Below are positions 1-14,112 of a stretch of 64,000 bases of DNA, piece by piece (position 1 is the first letter of the stretch; every line of letters starts with the position of its first letter). The notes under the pieces were generated by a model. The model worked only from the letters and a program-made list of their open reading frames with translations, was not told where the DNA came from and ran no database searches. Source of the stretch: Camelus dromedarius (taxonomy: Eukaryota); the NCBI RefSeq assembly GCF_036321535.1, contig NC_087472.1, positions 93,932,001-93,996,000 of the forward strand. The letters are read 5' to 3'. The position numbers and the translations under genes were made by a program.

Positions 1-3000
1 TTCTTTTCTCAGTCCTCATCTCAAGGAAAAATTCTCAGTAATTCAGCACTAATCATGATATTCTTCCATTCTCTGTGTTATTATTTTTAATCATAAGTGA
101 ATGATGAATTTTGTCAAATCATTTTTCTATCTGTTATAATAAGACATGATTTTGTTTCTCTGTCTTCTTAAAGTTATTTGATTTCTAAATGTTGAATGTA
201 CAGTAATTCATCATTGACTTAAACCCAAATTGTTCATGCCTTACTATATATTTGATGTATCTTAGGATTCTGTTTGTCAGAAAAAATGTTTTGTTGTTGT
301 TGTTGTTGTTTGTTATGATAAATATAAACCTAAGATTCTCTTTCCTTAAGATATCCCTGATAGTTTTATGTAAAGTTTATATAGATCCCACAAAACATTT
401 TGGAGAGTGCTTTTTACTCTTTCTATTCTGTAGAAGAAGTTGTCCAAGACTGCTTTTATTTCTGTCTCAATTATATAGAAAGTTCATTGCTTAGGGCGCC
501 AGGTGTGAAAATCATTTGTGAGAAGTTTTATTAGACAAAATTTACTTGATTGATATTTCCTACAATTTTTTTTAATATGTGTGGGTTTCTCTTTGAATGT
601 CATCATTTTGTGTAATTTCAAATGTATTGGAATAAATTTCCTTATAACATTATGTCTTTGTCTTTAGGATCCTTAGTATTATACTCTCTACATTCTTTGT
701 ATTGATAATATAAGCCTGTTTTTTTTCTTGATCAATCTTCTCATGAGTCTATACTTTTTTTCTTTACCAGTTTACAAAAATCAAAACCAACTTTTGAATT
801 TGTTGATCTTCTCTTTGTAATTTTGTTCAAAATGTATTTCTGATCTTAATACTGTTTCATTTTTATTATTTTTGCTACTAAATTGCTTGTTCATTTTCTT
901 GAAGTGAGTCATCAGCTCTTAAGTTTTCCAGATTTCCTCTCTTGCATTTATTTCATGGTTTATAGTTTCTTTTAGACACATAGTTTCATACATCCTACAC
1001 TTTATAGCAACTTCACTGAGATATATTTGACTTAACCTGTACATTAAAATTCACAATGTAAGTTTTGAAAGTTTGTATAGCTTTGTGAAATCATCTCCAC
1101 GATCAATAAAATATAAATATCCATCCCATGTGTCCAAGTTTCCTTCTACATTTTTATATTTCCTTCCTCTTAGTCCTGCCCAAGACATCTCCCATTTCCT
1201 ATGAAATAAAGATTCCTGTAAATGTCTTTGTATGGATATATAATTTCATTTTTCTTGTATAAGCTTCAAAGAATGGAATGGCTGGATCAGGTGATTGATG
1301 TGTCTTTAAGTTATTTTGGAAAATGTCAAAATGACTTGTAACATGCTTCTACCATTGTACACCCAGCCAGCAGTGTATGAATCTTGCCGTTGCTCTACAT
1401 TCTTGCCAACACTCGCAGTGGCCAGTATTTTTAATTGTAGCTCTTTTAATTATAAGCATGCAGTGATATCGCAGTGTCATTCTAAATGGCATAAGTGTAA
1501 CCAATTTATTGTTCTTTTTTTCCTGAGAATCCTAGTTAGTGGGGATAATAGGTCACAGACCTGATGCCAATTATTTCATTTCTGTTTTGTATATCTGGTT
1601 CTTTTGTATTGCAGGCTGGATTTTCTGTATGAAATACTATGGAGATATTGGAAGTCAGGGAGTTTTTTCTTTTGCTTCTGGGAGGCCATTAGCATGGGGG
1701 AAGCTCGTCTCATAGCAATCAGGGATGGAGAAGTTGGGTCTCAGGTTTTGTCTTTCCAGTTCCTATGGACATTTAGGTAATGGGCCCTTAGAGATGTCAG
1801 ATGAACCCTGGGTTGCTTCCTAAAGCCTCTCCTCCTTGGTGCATCCTCACGTCCAACTTGCTTCTCCTGGGTTGGTGAGACTGCTGGAAGCCCTGGTCAG
1901 TTGCTTAGCTTCTCAGCTCCAACTTTCTGCTCAACGTCTTGGCTTCTCAGTCACCTCCTGTGAATCAGCAAAAGCCTGGAGGGAAAAGGGGTACTAAATT
2001 TTGGTCTTACCACCTGGGCTTCTCTTCTAGTTGAAATCTTGTCTCTTCAAATATTTGTTTCCTTGGCTTTGTGGTGCTTTCAGATACGTGCTTTTAATAT
2101 ACTTCTAGCTTTCCTAATTTTTGGCAGCAGGGTGGGTGAGCTGTAAAGTCTGGACTGTCATTACTGAAAGCTTCTATTTTTACAAACATTATTTTTTAAA
2201 ATATATTTTAGTTGGTAGTTGTTTTTATTCCTAGAGCCAATTAATACAATCTACATAAATTTATTTAAGACAAATGATCTTCCCAAGAAGTACATCATTT
2301 TTCTTTACATTTTACTTATTTTATTTCACTTAAAAATTTCATTGATTCTAATAAATCTTTCTTCTGTTCACAAAATGTGCCAAGTGCATGCCAAGTGATG
2401 TTGGTACTTTATTGAGAGACAGCCTGGTGGAAAAAATATGAGTAAATAGGAATATATTATTAGAGATTGGGGTAATTAGTTTTCCAGCCGTAGTGTACCA
2501 CATTATTCCCTGTGCCTTCTTGTATCATATTTAACTGTTGCTCTAGAGATTGGTCTATGAATCTTTATTGTATCCTGGTGTACTTTGAATTATGATAGTA
2601 CCATCCCATGTAAATATAATCTCATAGTATTACATTTCCATTTAATCCCCTTTCCTTTGTGTCTTGTCATATATTTTACATATGAAATACTATTTACCAC
2701 TTTTTCTTCGTGGAATAGATGTATTTCAAAAATAAAGTTCTCTTTTATATTTATGCACATATTTTCCCTCTCTAGTAGCCTTCACTCCTTCCTGGAGTTC
2801 TTAATTTCTATGTGGTGTCTTTTCTTTTACCTGAAGAACTTGATGTAGAATTACCTGTATTACAAGTTGTCCAGCAATAAATGACCGCAGATTTGATTGT
2901 GCAGGTGTGTCCTATTTCATTCTCAGTGTGGAGGAATAATTTTTATGTATATACAATTCTGGGTAGACAGCTTTATTTTTTCTTTCAACATTGGAAACAT

Positions 3001-3250
3001 GTTCCTCCATATTCTCCCATCTCTATGGATCTTGTTGAGAAGGCAGCCATCGTCTTAATCATCATTTTCAGATAGGAAATTTATCTGTATTCCTCTGGAA
3101 ATTTTAATTTTTAAAACATCTTTGGATTTCAGCAGTTGAAGTATAATGTACCTGTGTCAATATCTGTTTCTATTTAACCTGCTTTGGTTTCTTGATGTTA
3201 GATCTGTACTTGGACATATTTCTAAAAACTTGGGAATTTTTGACCACTTC
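1..3250. repeat. Ancient segmental-duplication unit made of nested old L1 fragments (mostly antisense); paralogous to ~8400-9100, ~11975-14600 and ~17800-21680
   Basis: Same ordered sub-blocks recur, e.g. ctggatca..ttgctctacattc (1282/13178/18633), the GC-richer L1M 5'-end block (1620-2170/13500-14070/18960-19540) and caaat(g/a)atcttcc (2271/14203/20688); shared junctions argue for duplication rather than independent insertion. Confidence 0.8.
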
Positions 3251-4149
3251 CCTATAAAATGTATTTTTTTTCTGATCCACTTTGGTTCCTCTTCATATTG
3301 GATTCTGATTAAACATATATTTGATGATTGAATATTATCCTACAGGTCACTGTAAGTCACTCTCCTCTGGCTCAGTCAGAACCCCACAGTCTTTGGGCAC
3401 TGCAAGACCTCTGGTATGTCTTTTCCTCTCTTAGCCTCACATCCACCATCTGTTAAGTACTGGTGTATCTTGTACATATGTACAGCCCAACCCTTGACCA
3501 GAGACCTGTTGTGAAGTCCCACACAGACTTCTGCACTGGTCCTGTGTACAAGTCCCTCATCTACAGTGCTATACCCAGCTACATCAGTAGCCCCAAATTC
3601 CAGTCTCAGCCTCATCAGCTCAGCAACACCTCCACGCTCTGCCTGGTCACAAACTCCTTGCCCCTGGGGAATTTGACCCATTCAGAGGGCATGGGCAAAC
3701 TTGAACCTCTCGGCCTGACAATGGCTTGTGTTGGTGAGGAACTCACATATATTGCTTGTGGGAGGAGAAATTGCATCAAGGACTCTGGCAGAGTTTTGTC
3801 AGGTTCTATTAAGCTGAATAGATACATACAATATGACTCAGTAATTCTACTCTGGCTTATATAATTACCCTTAAAATTCACAGGTGTGCCAAAAGGCATT
3901 TAGAAACCCTAACTCTTAATTGCTCTAAACTGGAAACAACCTGAAAGTCCACCATCTCTAAGAATGGGTAAAAAGTGACATATCATACAATATAATGTTG
4001 TACACCAAGGAATATGAACAAACTTCTACATACAACGTAGATAAGTCTCATGAACATAATGTTGAGCAAAGGAATCCAGACCCCCTCCCCAAAAATCATA
4101 TTGTCTGAAACTATTTATATGAGTTTCCAAAACAGCTGTTTTTTTTTTT

Positions 4150-6090
4150 ATCACGAGTTGAATTGTGAAATCAGACTCATGTGAATGGTAGAACGGAACC
4201 AAATTTTAATAATTATTCAAAGGATAAAGGCAACCATTCAGCTAAAATGCAAAATGTTGTGGGGAGCAGGAAAGCATCAGACAGAGCCCCTGCTAGTTCT
4301 CCTTCCACATCAGGATGCATTTTGGTTTCACAGTAAAAGATGAGTTGTGATGTTGAACGTTGTTTGTGAAGATATGAATAATGTTTGTGAAAAATTTACA
4401 AAATGGAGTAGTTTAGTTTTTTGGTTCATTCTAGACTTTACTGTTAATTCCACAGCCTTTGTTAATAACACTGTCTCCCATTCTCCAGCAAGCCATTCTC
4501 CATAGGTCCCTAACTGCCAGGGTAGTTTAAACAGCCCAGAGTATACCCTGGTAAAACAGTTATATCTGTTAGCGTGTTTACAAGGAATTATTATCAATGT
4601 CATTAACTTATTTACTAGGAGGTCATTTACTCTGATCAGATATTCCATGTAAGGAACAGTTACAGGCTTGCTCTTAATCCTTTCCTTCACAACATGCAAA
4701 ATGAGTCTAAGATGTAAGGAGTAAGGGAAATGGTTACTATGGGGAAAAGGAAGCTGGAAAAAAAGGATTTACCTACTTTATTCTTGTGAAAGTCTGACAA
4801 TGTTTTATTCTGTACTGCAGTGGTGTTTGCACAGCTGTGTTCTTTGGCTACATCCGTGGCCCTGGTCAGTTGGTATTATTGAGCTGTTTTCCATTGGTAT
4901 TATGCTTTGAAGGATAAATAAGAATGACATACAAATACAATAAATAGAACCTCAAAAAGCAAACAAATGATCAGTACCAAGTTTTGATGTGTGTATGCGC
5001 TTGTGCACACATGTGCCTAGAGTGCACTCTGCCTAGAAGGATGCAGGGTGATACAATTGGTGAAGTGCATATATGAGGTCCCAAATGCATGGGTCATATT
5101 TTCTTTCTGGTGAGTATAATTTGTCTCCTTTAGTACTCTTTATATTTTATATACATGTCAAATATGTAGTTTTCTAATATTTCCAAAATTTCAAAAGAGT
5201 TTTTCAATTAAAATGATTTTCTTTATGTGAAGTAAAGGATACTTAATTTGGCTGACAATAGAAGCAAAACTAAATAAAAGGAGTAGAAAGTAGAATACAA
5301 GTCACAAAAGCTAAGAGTTTTAAATACAGTAGGTCATGTTAATTTGATCAAGGTTTCTATGTCCTTGCAGATATAGAGCTAAAGTACCCTCTAGAAATAT
5401 TATTTCTAATCTCATTTGTGGCTATATGCTCTTATGATAAATTGCTAATGAGATTTTTAATATTGGAGTTGTTTGTGTTGGACATTTGGGAAATTTTTTT
5501 AATAGTACAATAATAAAACATTGCCACTTAACCAAAAGAAAAAATCACAAAAAAAAACCCAAGTTAAAAAAATCATATTAAAATAATCAAAAATACCTGA
5601 ATAAACTATACCCAAATTAAAATAATTTAAGCATATTTCTCAAAAATATTTCAAAATGATTTAATTGGTGATCTGAACCTCATGTTGATCTAGCTGAGAA
5701 GTTACATAAGAACTGGCAAGTTCCTTTGATATGGAGTAGTAAGTTGACACCTGTGTTATCTGTAGCAAAATATCTTATTTCTACAGTATTTATTTAATTT
5801 ACAGTAACATTCAGTTATTTTATATCTATAATAATTTATATAGCCTTATTACTTTTTTATTAAAACTTTATTGAAAACATTAAGTTAAAATACAATATTT
5901 TTTTTCAAATTCTGTTACTAGATTTTGTAAGGGGTATGAAATGGTACTGAGTTTTTTAAAAGCTACTTAACATTTCTTCGCAAACTTTTGAGTTACGTAT
6001 CCTGTACACATTAATTGCACCTCTAGAATTGTACAGCTACTAAGGCAAGGCACAAAAGTATGGGTAGTAAAAAGGCAACAGCTGTTTTAA
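4150..6090 (-). pseudogene. Endogenous bornavirus-like L (EBLL) fragment, capping/PRNTase region, interrupted by L1 pieces (~4930-5200, ~5500-5660)
   Basis: Minus-strand translations in colinear order vs BoDV-1 L: FKKLSTI~FQKSSTV (~5950); GTCQFL..RST*GSD~EGCTYL..RLTWGRD (~5700); ISRGYF/ALYL~TTRGDQPLYL (~5380); LSDFHKNK~LHSFSKSS (~4790); TPYILDSFC~TPYLLSASC (~4710); KERIKS..LLVNKLMTL~FEKIDS..WLISKPVTV (ORF 4328-4699); V*FHNSTRD~INFHSRGD (~4160). Confidence 0.7.
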
Positions 6091-6389
6091 AATAAATTAT
6101 GATATATTCATACTATGAGTACTATTCAACTTTTGCAGTTAATCATGTATGACTCTACATGTTTACACAGAACACCTCTAAGACATAATGCTAAGGGAAA
6201 AAAGTTCATTATACTTTAATTTCAGTTATGTGCACAAATATATAAATATATTTGTTATGTGTGTATCTGGTTCATATTATGGACTTTACTGCTAATCATG
6301 GTTATTTTTGAGAAGGAAAAATGTACCTACAATTTTTTGAAATTTTACAGTGAGCACACTTTATTTCTACCTAAAGGAAAAAAAACCAA

Positions 6390-7240
6390 ATAGTCACACG
6401 GTGGCATATCACTAATGATTTTGGAAGATTTACTCTCTGCTTTTTCTTCTTTTTATAAGTCGTACAGGACAGGATAAGAAGTCATAATTAAGTTACAGTT
6501 AGAAAAAAGTTAGAAAGGAAAGAAATAATAAGAAAATATATAAACAAGCTGTATGGAGAAAATAAATATGTGAACCACTTAAGAGAAGCTGCCCTCTATT
6601 TAGTCAGTGAGATCATTAAGTCAAAGGTTGTGAATAAAATTGTCACATGGAATAATCTTTTATTGTTCCATTAGGATTAAGTGTCATGTGTACTATGAAG
6701 TTTATCATATATTAAGGGTTCCTGTTCCCGTGATATCACAAAAAATGACAGTAATGGTCAAGGTTGTCATAACGGTCAAATAAATCTATAGAAAAAAGCA
6801 TTAAAAGTGTAATTTTTTCCTGGAGAGTTTTGTGTCATTTCTTATGATGTTTATGAAAGATTGTTAGTCTCAGAAAAATGCATTAATGTTTATCTGTATG
6901 ATAGGACCATGGCCAAGTGCAGAAAACCACTTAGGTGCCATCAAAATCACTAGATAGTTCAGTGTATTTCTAAAGGGAAGAATATAGTGTGTAGGAAAAA
7001 CCAGCTTTTGGACATAGTTCCTTATAAAGCAAGATGTTTAGTTTGTATGTGATTACATATCATAGAAATTGAAAAAATAATTAGTTGTCACATGGATCAA
7101 AATAGAGCCCAGTTATAGCATATGTTCAAATTTGAGGAAATGATTCTGGTGGTTTTGAATGTGCCTGTCTCCCATTTAAAAGGAGGTATAGTTGCCAATA
7201 AATGGTCACACTTATGGAAATTCACCTTGAGAGAACAGCA
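6390..7240 (+). pseudogene. EBLL fragment, C-terminal part of L
   Basis: VYERLL~YYERLL (~6850); GAIKITR*FSV~GVIRLDRLESV (~6935); NQLLDI~SELVDI (~7000); HMFKFEEMILV~HLEEFDELLVV (~7120); shares ctaaagggaa and aaaaacca with the reverse complement of the 35.4 kb EBLL. Confidence 0.7.
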
Positions 7241-7889
7241 TTAGGTAGTGATCAGGACTGGGTTACAGGAGAGTAAATCCTAAGATTCGGTCGTGCTGTT
7301 CTGTTCATAATCTTGGAAAAATCACTTCACTTCTCTGACCTCAGTGTCTTTTTCTCAAACATGCAAAGCAAAACTTCTTAAATGCTTAAATTCTGTAGGC
7401 TTTATAACTCAAATACATGGCATGAACATGAGCATCACCCACAGTATTCCACAATGATATCATTTAAATTCTTAACGAATTTTGTATAAGCATGCCACCT
7501 TTTATATAAGCGTGTCATTTTAAAGTAATCATTAAAATGAAAAATATGTCCATGGTTTAAAAGATTCATTCTGAAATACTACACTATAGAAAATTCAGTA
7601 GTTAGGTTATCAGATACTCGAATACTCTTAAACAGTGAAATCATATGAACTCAGATATTAACATATAAAGTGCAGCTGTCACAAGCCATCAGCCTTTCTT
7701 TATTTTTCCAGTAGAATATTTTCACCAAGGTACTGTGCATCTTCTATTTGAACTTTAGTGACAGAAAACCACAATTTTCAGAACAGTCCTTAACATTCAC
7801 CAGTAGGTTTTTCCTTTGTTCTGTTTAACTGAAATTTAACTTTGTATTAATTCTCACCATTAGCCCCATTTTTCACTTATGCCTTTACA

Positions 7890-9540
7890 GAACATGCTGA
7901 ATTACTGAAATTGCTGGGATTTGACTTGTGTTCACATTGAATGGGATTGCATGTGCTTTAGAGTGGGAAGAAATGATCACCTGAAAAAAATAAATCTTCC
8001 ATTTAATAAACTTGAGACCTCATTTTAATTGTTCATATTTTCATTAATTCCTATCAATAATTTTTTATAGTTAAAGAGCTTACACAGATTTCAGTAAAAT
8101 TTTACCTAGGAGTTTGATAATATTTGAGGTTGTAATTGATATTTATAATTAACTTAATTTTGTAATTATTTGTTGCTGGCATTTGGAATTACAATTGATG
8201 TTTTATTAATCATGTATCCATCAATCTTGCCAAATTCACTTACTATTTGTAATGTATAATATATAGATTGATCTTAGATAGTATAGAAATACACTCAGCC
8301 AGTATGGGAATAATGGCCGTTTCATTTCTTCCTTTCCCATCTTTTTGTCTTTTTTTTTCTTTTTCATGTATTATTGCCCTGTATAAATATTGAATTGAAT
8401 CCTTTTCTCATTCCTGATCTCAGAAGATTTCAGTATTTCAATACTTATTATCATATTAGCTACAGCTTCATGAATCTTATATAATCCTAAGTGGGTGATA
8501 AGTTATGTCTTTTTTGCATCTATTATTATAATCACAATATTTTTTCCTTTGTTTTTTGAAGTGATTTGATTTCAGAGTGTTAACAAGAACTCATTCTTGG
8601 ATAATTTGTTTGTGTTGTATCAGTCTTAATCTAACTTTGGAGTCAGTTTGTTAAATATACTGATTTTTTTTTTTTTTTTTTTTGATTTTGGTCATGAGAG
8701 ATAACCCTTTTATTTTCCTTTTCATGTGATATCCTTGTCAGTATAGTGTAAAGTTTTTATGGCACTCTTGAAACATTCGGAGGGGTTGCCTACTGTTTCT
8801 GTTCTCTGTAATGTCTTGTGTGAGATCAGTGTCATTTCTTTCTTAATTGTAAGAGAAAATTAACCAAGTCAGTCACCAGAGCATGGGACTCATGTATAGA
8901 TTTTTCATTATGGGTACAATTTATTTAATAAACGTAGGACTATGCAGACTTCCTAAGTTTTATTTTTGTTGAGTTGGTTTTAATTGGAGTTTTACATTTC
9001 ATATAATTTTAAGTTTACTGGCATGAAGTCACTTATTTTGTCTCTTTCTACATTCTGTAATGATGACATTTCTGATATAAATAATGTGTTTCTTGCGTTC
9101 TTGATGAATAAATCTTTTAATCATAATGAAATGTCCCTCTATCTCTAGTCATCCTCCTTTCCTGGAAATCTAGTTTGTTTGGCATTAATTTGCCCATCCC
9201 AGTTTTCTTATTTCTTACCAATTTTGCATGGTATATCACTTTCTGTACTATTACTTTCAACCTTACAGTATCTTTCAGTTTAAATTTCCTTTTATATAAA
9301 AAGCGTATAATTAGGACTTGCTTTTCTTTCAGTCTGAAAAACTTTACATTTAAATTGGAATGTTTAGACTTTTAAAAAATTAAAATTTTATTACCATAGA
9401 TTGATTTTTAGTTGTCCATCTTGTTCTCCATTTTCTATTTTTCCTGTCTCTTTATTTTATTTTTCTGTCCTTTTTGTGCCTACTTTTGTGTTTATTGAAT
9501 GATTTTTGTTATTCAATTTAAATTCCTCTCTTGGATTTTT
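7890..9540 (-). mobile_element. Old L1 (L1M-type) ORF2 fragments
   Basis: T-rich antisense L1 ORF2-like sequence, e.g. gaaatgtccctctatctctagtcatcctcc and ttactttcaacctt. Confidence 0.7.
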
Positions 9541-9544
9541 GTCT

Positions 9545-9790
9545 GTGGCAATTTAAAAATATACCCAGATATTTTATTGACACTCCTTTGCTTCAAGAGG
9601 TAGAGTTTACGACCCCTCCCAGGATTCTGGGCCAACCTTAGTGACTCTCCTGTAACCAGTAAAATTCAGCAGTTCTGCTGCTGCTTATCCAAGGCTGGAA
9701 TTCCAACCAACTGCCATTACCAACCGCTCCCAGTGGGGGCGCTATCTTGGGTCTCCAGCCCAGGCTTTTACTGCATTCGGGAGGTTCCTT
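9545..9790. mobile_element. MaLR LTR fragment (MLT1-like)
   Basis: ttattgacactcct..aagaggtagagttta..cccctccc..ctgggcc..ttagtgact resembles an MLT1 5' end. Confidence 0.5.
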
Positions 9791-10159
9791 TTCCATCATG
9801 AGCAAGTCGTGACATGAATTAGTTTGTCAAGCAGTAAATTTTCCCAGGTTTGTTTATGTGGTTGTGTCTTATTTAACTCTCAGTTTGGAAGGATAATCTT
9901 GATGGATATAGAATTCTGAGTTGACAGTTTTATTTTTCTTTCAGCTTTGGAAAGATTCTACGATTTCTCTGAGTCTCCGTGTATTCTGCTGAGAAGGCAG
10001 CAGCCGTCTTTTAAATCATTGCTCCAGTGATAGGTAACGTATCTTTGTTTCTCAGATGTTTTCAGTTGATATACATTTGTTCACTTCACTACTATTCTTT
10101 ATATTTCATATGGGTGCCTAATGTATATTTTAATAATAAAATATTTTTTAAATGTTGGT

Positions 10160-10500
10160 ACCTATATTATGAATCCAAATTACTCCATGTATCTAAAAAA
10201 ACTACAACTTACTTGATAGACAGTAGCAACAAAACGTAGCAAAAGCAAATCTCCCAAAGGAAAAAAAATTTTTATTTCTTATTGAGTACATATCTAGAAA
10301 TTATATACAAAATAAAATAAATTACTCTATAATTAAGCATATTCCACGAAAAATCATAATTGTTTTTATAATTGTTCATCTGTTGCTAATGTTGACATGC
10401 ATGAGAAAATATACAAGAAGAAATTAAAATACTTTATAAAGAATAATGAAGTGCACTTGTATTACCTACAGCAAAATACTTGATTTGGCAAATCATATTC
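10160..10500 (-). pseudogene. Degenerate duplicate of part of the 4.2-6.1 kb EBLL
   Basis: Nucleotide similarity to 5220-5790 (atgttgacatgcatgagaa~atgttgatctagctgagaa; tacagcaaaatac~tgtagcaaaatat). Confidence 0.5.
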
Positions 10501-11249
10501 TATATCTGAAACTATTTATATAAATACAGCACATATAAAACTTAATTCAGTAACAGGCAATATATAGAAAATAGGGAAAGTAATAAGAAAAGATATATAT
10601 AATTTTAATATGTAAAATTGTTATTTCAAATAATTATAAAATGTTAAACTAAGAAATGGAATAGTAAAATACAGCAAACAATTTACACAAAAATAAACAT
10701 AAACTGTCAATAACTGTGCTGAAATGTTTAGTAATTGGCATAAATTAAATAAATAACAAGATACTCTCTATCTTGACACCAGATTATTAAGGAATTATCA
10801 CATGGTACTGGGCTTTTGGAAATTAGTTTGGCATTTTTAGAAACTTCTTTTTTGTGTAGAAACTAATTTGTCTTTTAGAACTGTATCCAACACAGCTACT
10901 CACAATTGAAACTTATAGTTACAAAATTGACAAAGGAGCTATTTTGAGGTAAAATATACTGTGTTTATTTCATGGGCATTATGTAGCTATACAACCAATC
11001 AGGCAGAGCTCATATACTTATAGATGGTATCTCCATGCCATACTGCTAATAAAAAAAGGGAGCAAATTACAGTTTTGCATATATGCACATGTACATAAAT
11101 ATATTCTTTATATAAATGCATTTTTATGTGAATATAGTTTTATACCTGCTTTATTGATAATCATCGTTAATTCTGAGGAGAAATATGCATATGCAGTTTT
11201 GGAAGTTTTACACTCAACGTATGCTGAACTTACAAGTAGTAAAAGCAGT

Positions 11250-11765
11250 TTTAGTCACATGATGGCATATCACTAGTAATTGTTTTCTGAACATCTGCTC
11301 TTTTTTTCTTTTATGGTAGTACAGAATAGGCAAGAAGGCATGCTGAAGACTTGTTAGAAATAAGAGAAGTAAAAATGTAAAAAATTTTGTGGAGAAAATT
11401 AATTTAATTATGATCCACATTAAAGAAGCTGATCCCTAATTAGTCAATGAAATAATTGAACTAGGGACCATAAGTAAAATTGTCACAAATAATGCTCTTT
11501 TTATTGTTCTCCTTGGATTAAATTTCAAGTGTATTGTAAAGTTTATCTTATATCTTGGGGTCTCTAGTACCATAATTTCAGGAAAAATGACAACACTATT
11601 CAGAGTTATAATGACTCAAAATTTATCTGAAAAGATATAGAAAAAGCCTTAAAAATATATCCTTGTCTCATGTAGTTTTTGTGCCATTTCTTATGATGTT
11701 TATGAAAAATTTATTAAGATTTGCTATTCTCAGAAAAATGTGTTTATATTTAATTGTATGGTATC
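11250..11765 (+). pseudogene. Duplicate of the EBLL C-terminal fragment at 6390-6900
   Basis: Clear paralogy: tagtcaca..ggcatatcacta, taaaattgtcaca, catttcttatgatgtttatgaaa, ctcagaaaaatg; translates ISYDVYEKF. Confidence 0.7.
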
Positions 11766-14082
11766 CATGAATCTTGATAACTTTCCTTGTTTATTCTAAT
11801 GTATTACCTACAGATTACTTTTAGATAGTCTAGAAACTTAAGTGATTTGTGAATAAAGGCGGGTTCATTTTGTTTCATTTCCAATCTCTATGCTTTTTTC
11901 CCCTTCTTTTTCTTGCATTATTGGTCTAAATTTCCCCTAAAATGTTAAATAGAAGTGGCGATAATAGACATCCTTGCCTCTATTTTGATCTCAAGAAGTT
12001 TTTCATTACATTACTGCTAATTATATATGCTGAAGTTTTCTAGGTTGTTTTTATTTTAATCTTAGTAGATGGTTAATTACATCAAATAGCTTTTCTCTAT
12101 CTACTGTCATAGTGAGATGATTTTGTTCCTTTGTTTGTCAAGATTGTTTGATTTGAAAATGTTAAACCAAGAAGAATTCATTCTTGTATTAAGCCCAGTT
12201 TGTTTCTGGTGTATTACATAGTTGAATTATCTTTGGATTGTGTTTGTCAAACATAAGGTTTTCATTTATTTTTTAGTGTTTGTCATGAGGCAAAAAAACC
12301 TTTGATTTTCTTTTTGTATAATGATATCTGTTTGGTATCAAGTTTATAAGAGTCTCATAAAACATTTTGATGAGAGTTTTTACTGTTTCTTGTGGTAGAG
12401 GTAATTCAAGACTGGTGGTGTTTATTTCTCAGTTGTATGGGAAATATCAGGAATTCAGGGATGAGAACATGGAGTTCATTTGTAGGAAGGTTTTTCTGTA
12501 CAGATGCAGTCTATTGACTATAGAATCCTTGGGATTTCCTACCTTAATTATTTTGTTTTTTTTAATTCAATCATTTTATGAATATGGAATTTATTGACCT
12601 ACGTTTCCTTATAACATAATGTATGTGTCTCCAGGATCCTAATAATGATCTCCTCTACAATCCTGGTATTGATAACGTGTCTCTTCTTTTTTATTCCCTT
12701 GATCTTGGATTTGTCATTCATATCTTTTTCCAAACCTGATGTTAATTTTTCATGTTCATAAATTGAGTTTAAATTCCTACTTTACTTTATGATTTTGTGA
12801 AGTGTATTTTCAAATCTTAAATTTTTAAGATTTTGGCTTTTGCATTAATGCTCTAAATGTTGCTTTAGACACATATTTTGATGCATCCCACACAATGTTT
12901 AACAACTTAATGGAAGTTTAATTGATTGAAAATATATTGTACAATTTAAAAATACACAGTATATATTTTGATGTCTCTGTGTGTTTGTGAAAGTGTCACC
13001 ATAATCAAGATAATGAACATTTTCACCCCTGTATTTATTTCCTATGCACGTTTGAATTTCCCCTCTGAATCCTGCCCAAGCACTCCCTACTTTCCCATGC
13101 TATGGACATTCTTGTTTGAGTCTTTGTATGGATGTATAATTTCATCTTTGTTGAATAAGCTTCGAAGAATGGAATGACTGGATCACATGAAAGTCATATT
13201 TTAAAGTTGTTTTAGAATCTGTCAAAATGTTTTGCAACATGACTGTACCATTTTACATTCTAACCACAGTCTGAGGTTCACAGTTGCTCTACATTCTTGC
13301 CAGCCCTTGTTATGGTCAGTGTTTTTCATTAGTGTGCAGTGGTGTCTCCCTGTAGCTGTAAATTGTATGGGTGTGTAAAAGGTATCATTCTTTGCTAGAT
13401 AATCCCTGTAAATGGAAAAAAATGGATCACAGGCCTGATGCTAGTCCTTTCCCTCCCATTTGTGGTTTTGCATGTATGATTATTTTTTATTGCATACTAG
13501 ATTTTCTGTATGAAATATCACTGAAGTAATTGGAGGCTCTGAATGATTTTTTCCTTCTCCAGTGGACTTTTGTTTTTGCTTCTGAGAGACAGCTAGCGTG
13601 GAGGCAGTTCAACTCATGGTAATCGGGAATCAGTTCTTTGGAAACTGAATTTCAGGTTTTGTGAGGGGTTTTCTTTTTCTGGTTCATGTAGACATTTATT
13701 AGCATGTAGCCTCTTGGGGATGCCAAAGGGACTCTTGGGTTGCCATCCAAAGCCTTTCTCCTTGGTACACCTTCAGTTCCAGTCTATGTCCCTTGAGCTG
13801 GTAAAACTGCTGGAAGCATCTTTCTAAGTTATAACTTCTTGCTTCATATCTTGGCTTCTCAGTCACCCCCTTTGAATGAGTATACCTTGAGAGGAAAAGA
13901 AATAACAAATTTGGGTCTCACTACTTGGGCTTTTCTTCTGAGATCTTGTGTTTTCAAATGCTTTCAAATTGGATTTGTAGTGCTTTCAAATAATATCTTT
14001 AGTATCTTCCAGCTTTCTTAGTTGTCCTCAGCAGAATAGTAGGACCAATATAGCTGCTCAGTCATTACTGAAAGCAGATAGC

Positions 14083-14112
14083 CACACACACACACATACA
14101 CACACACACACA
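14083..14112 (+). repeat. (CA)n microsatellite
   Basis: cacacaca run directly visible. Confidence 0.9.

Noticed and set aside
1525..1564. LRILVSGDNRS resembling L motif C (ILGQGDNQ)
   Set aside because: The reverse strand matches L1 ORF1-like sequence, and paralogues at ~13400 and ~18870 lack GDN
3376..3899. Overlapping 94-133 aa ORFs
   Set aside because: Lie in old L1-derived sequence; no recognisable protein or exon structure
4650..4675. Exact SKPVTVP match to BoDV-1 L
   Set aside because: Colinear alignment places this stretch about 20 residues earlier (SEEFVLA); the identity is coincidental although the region is EBLL
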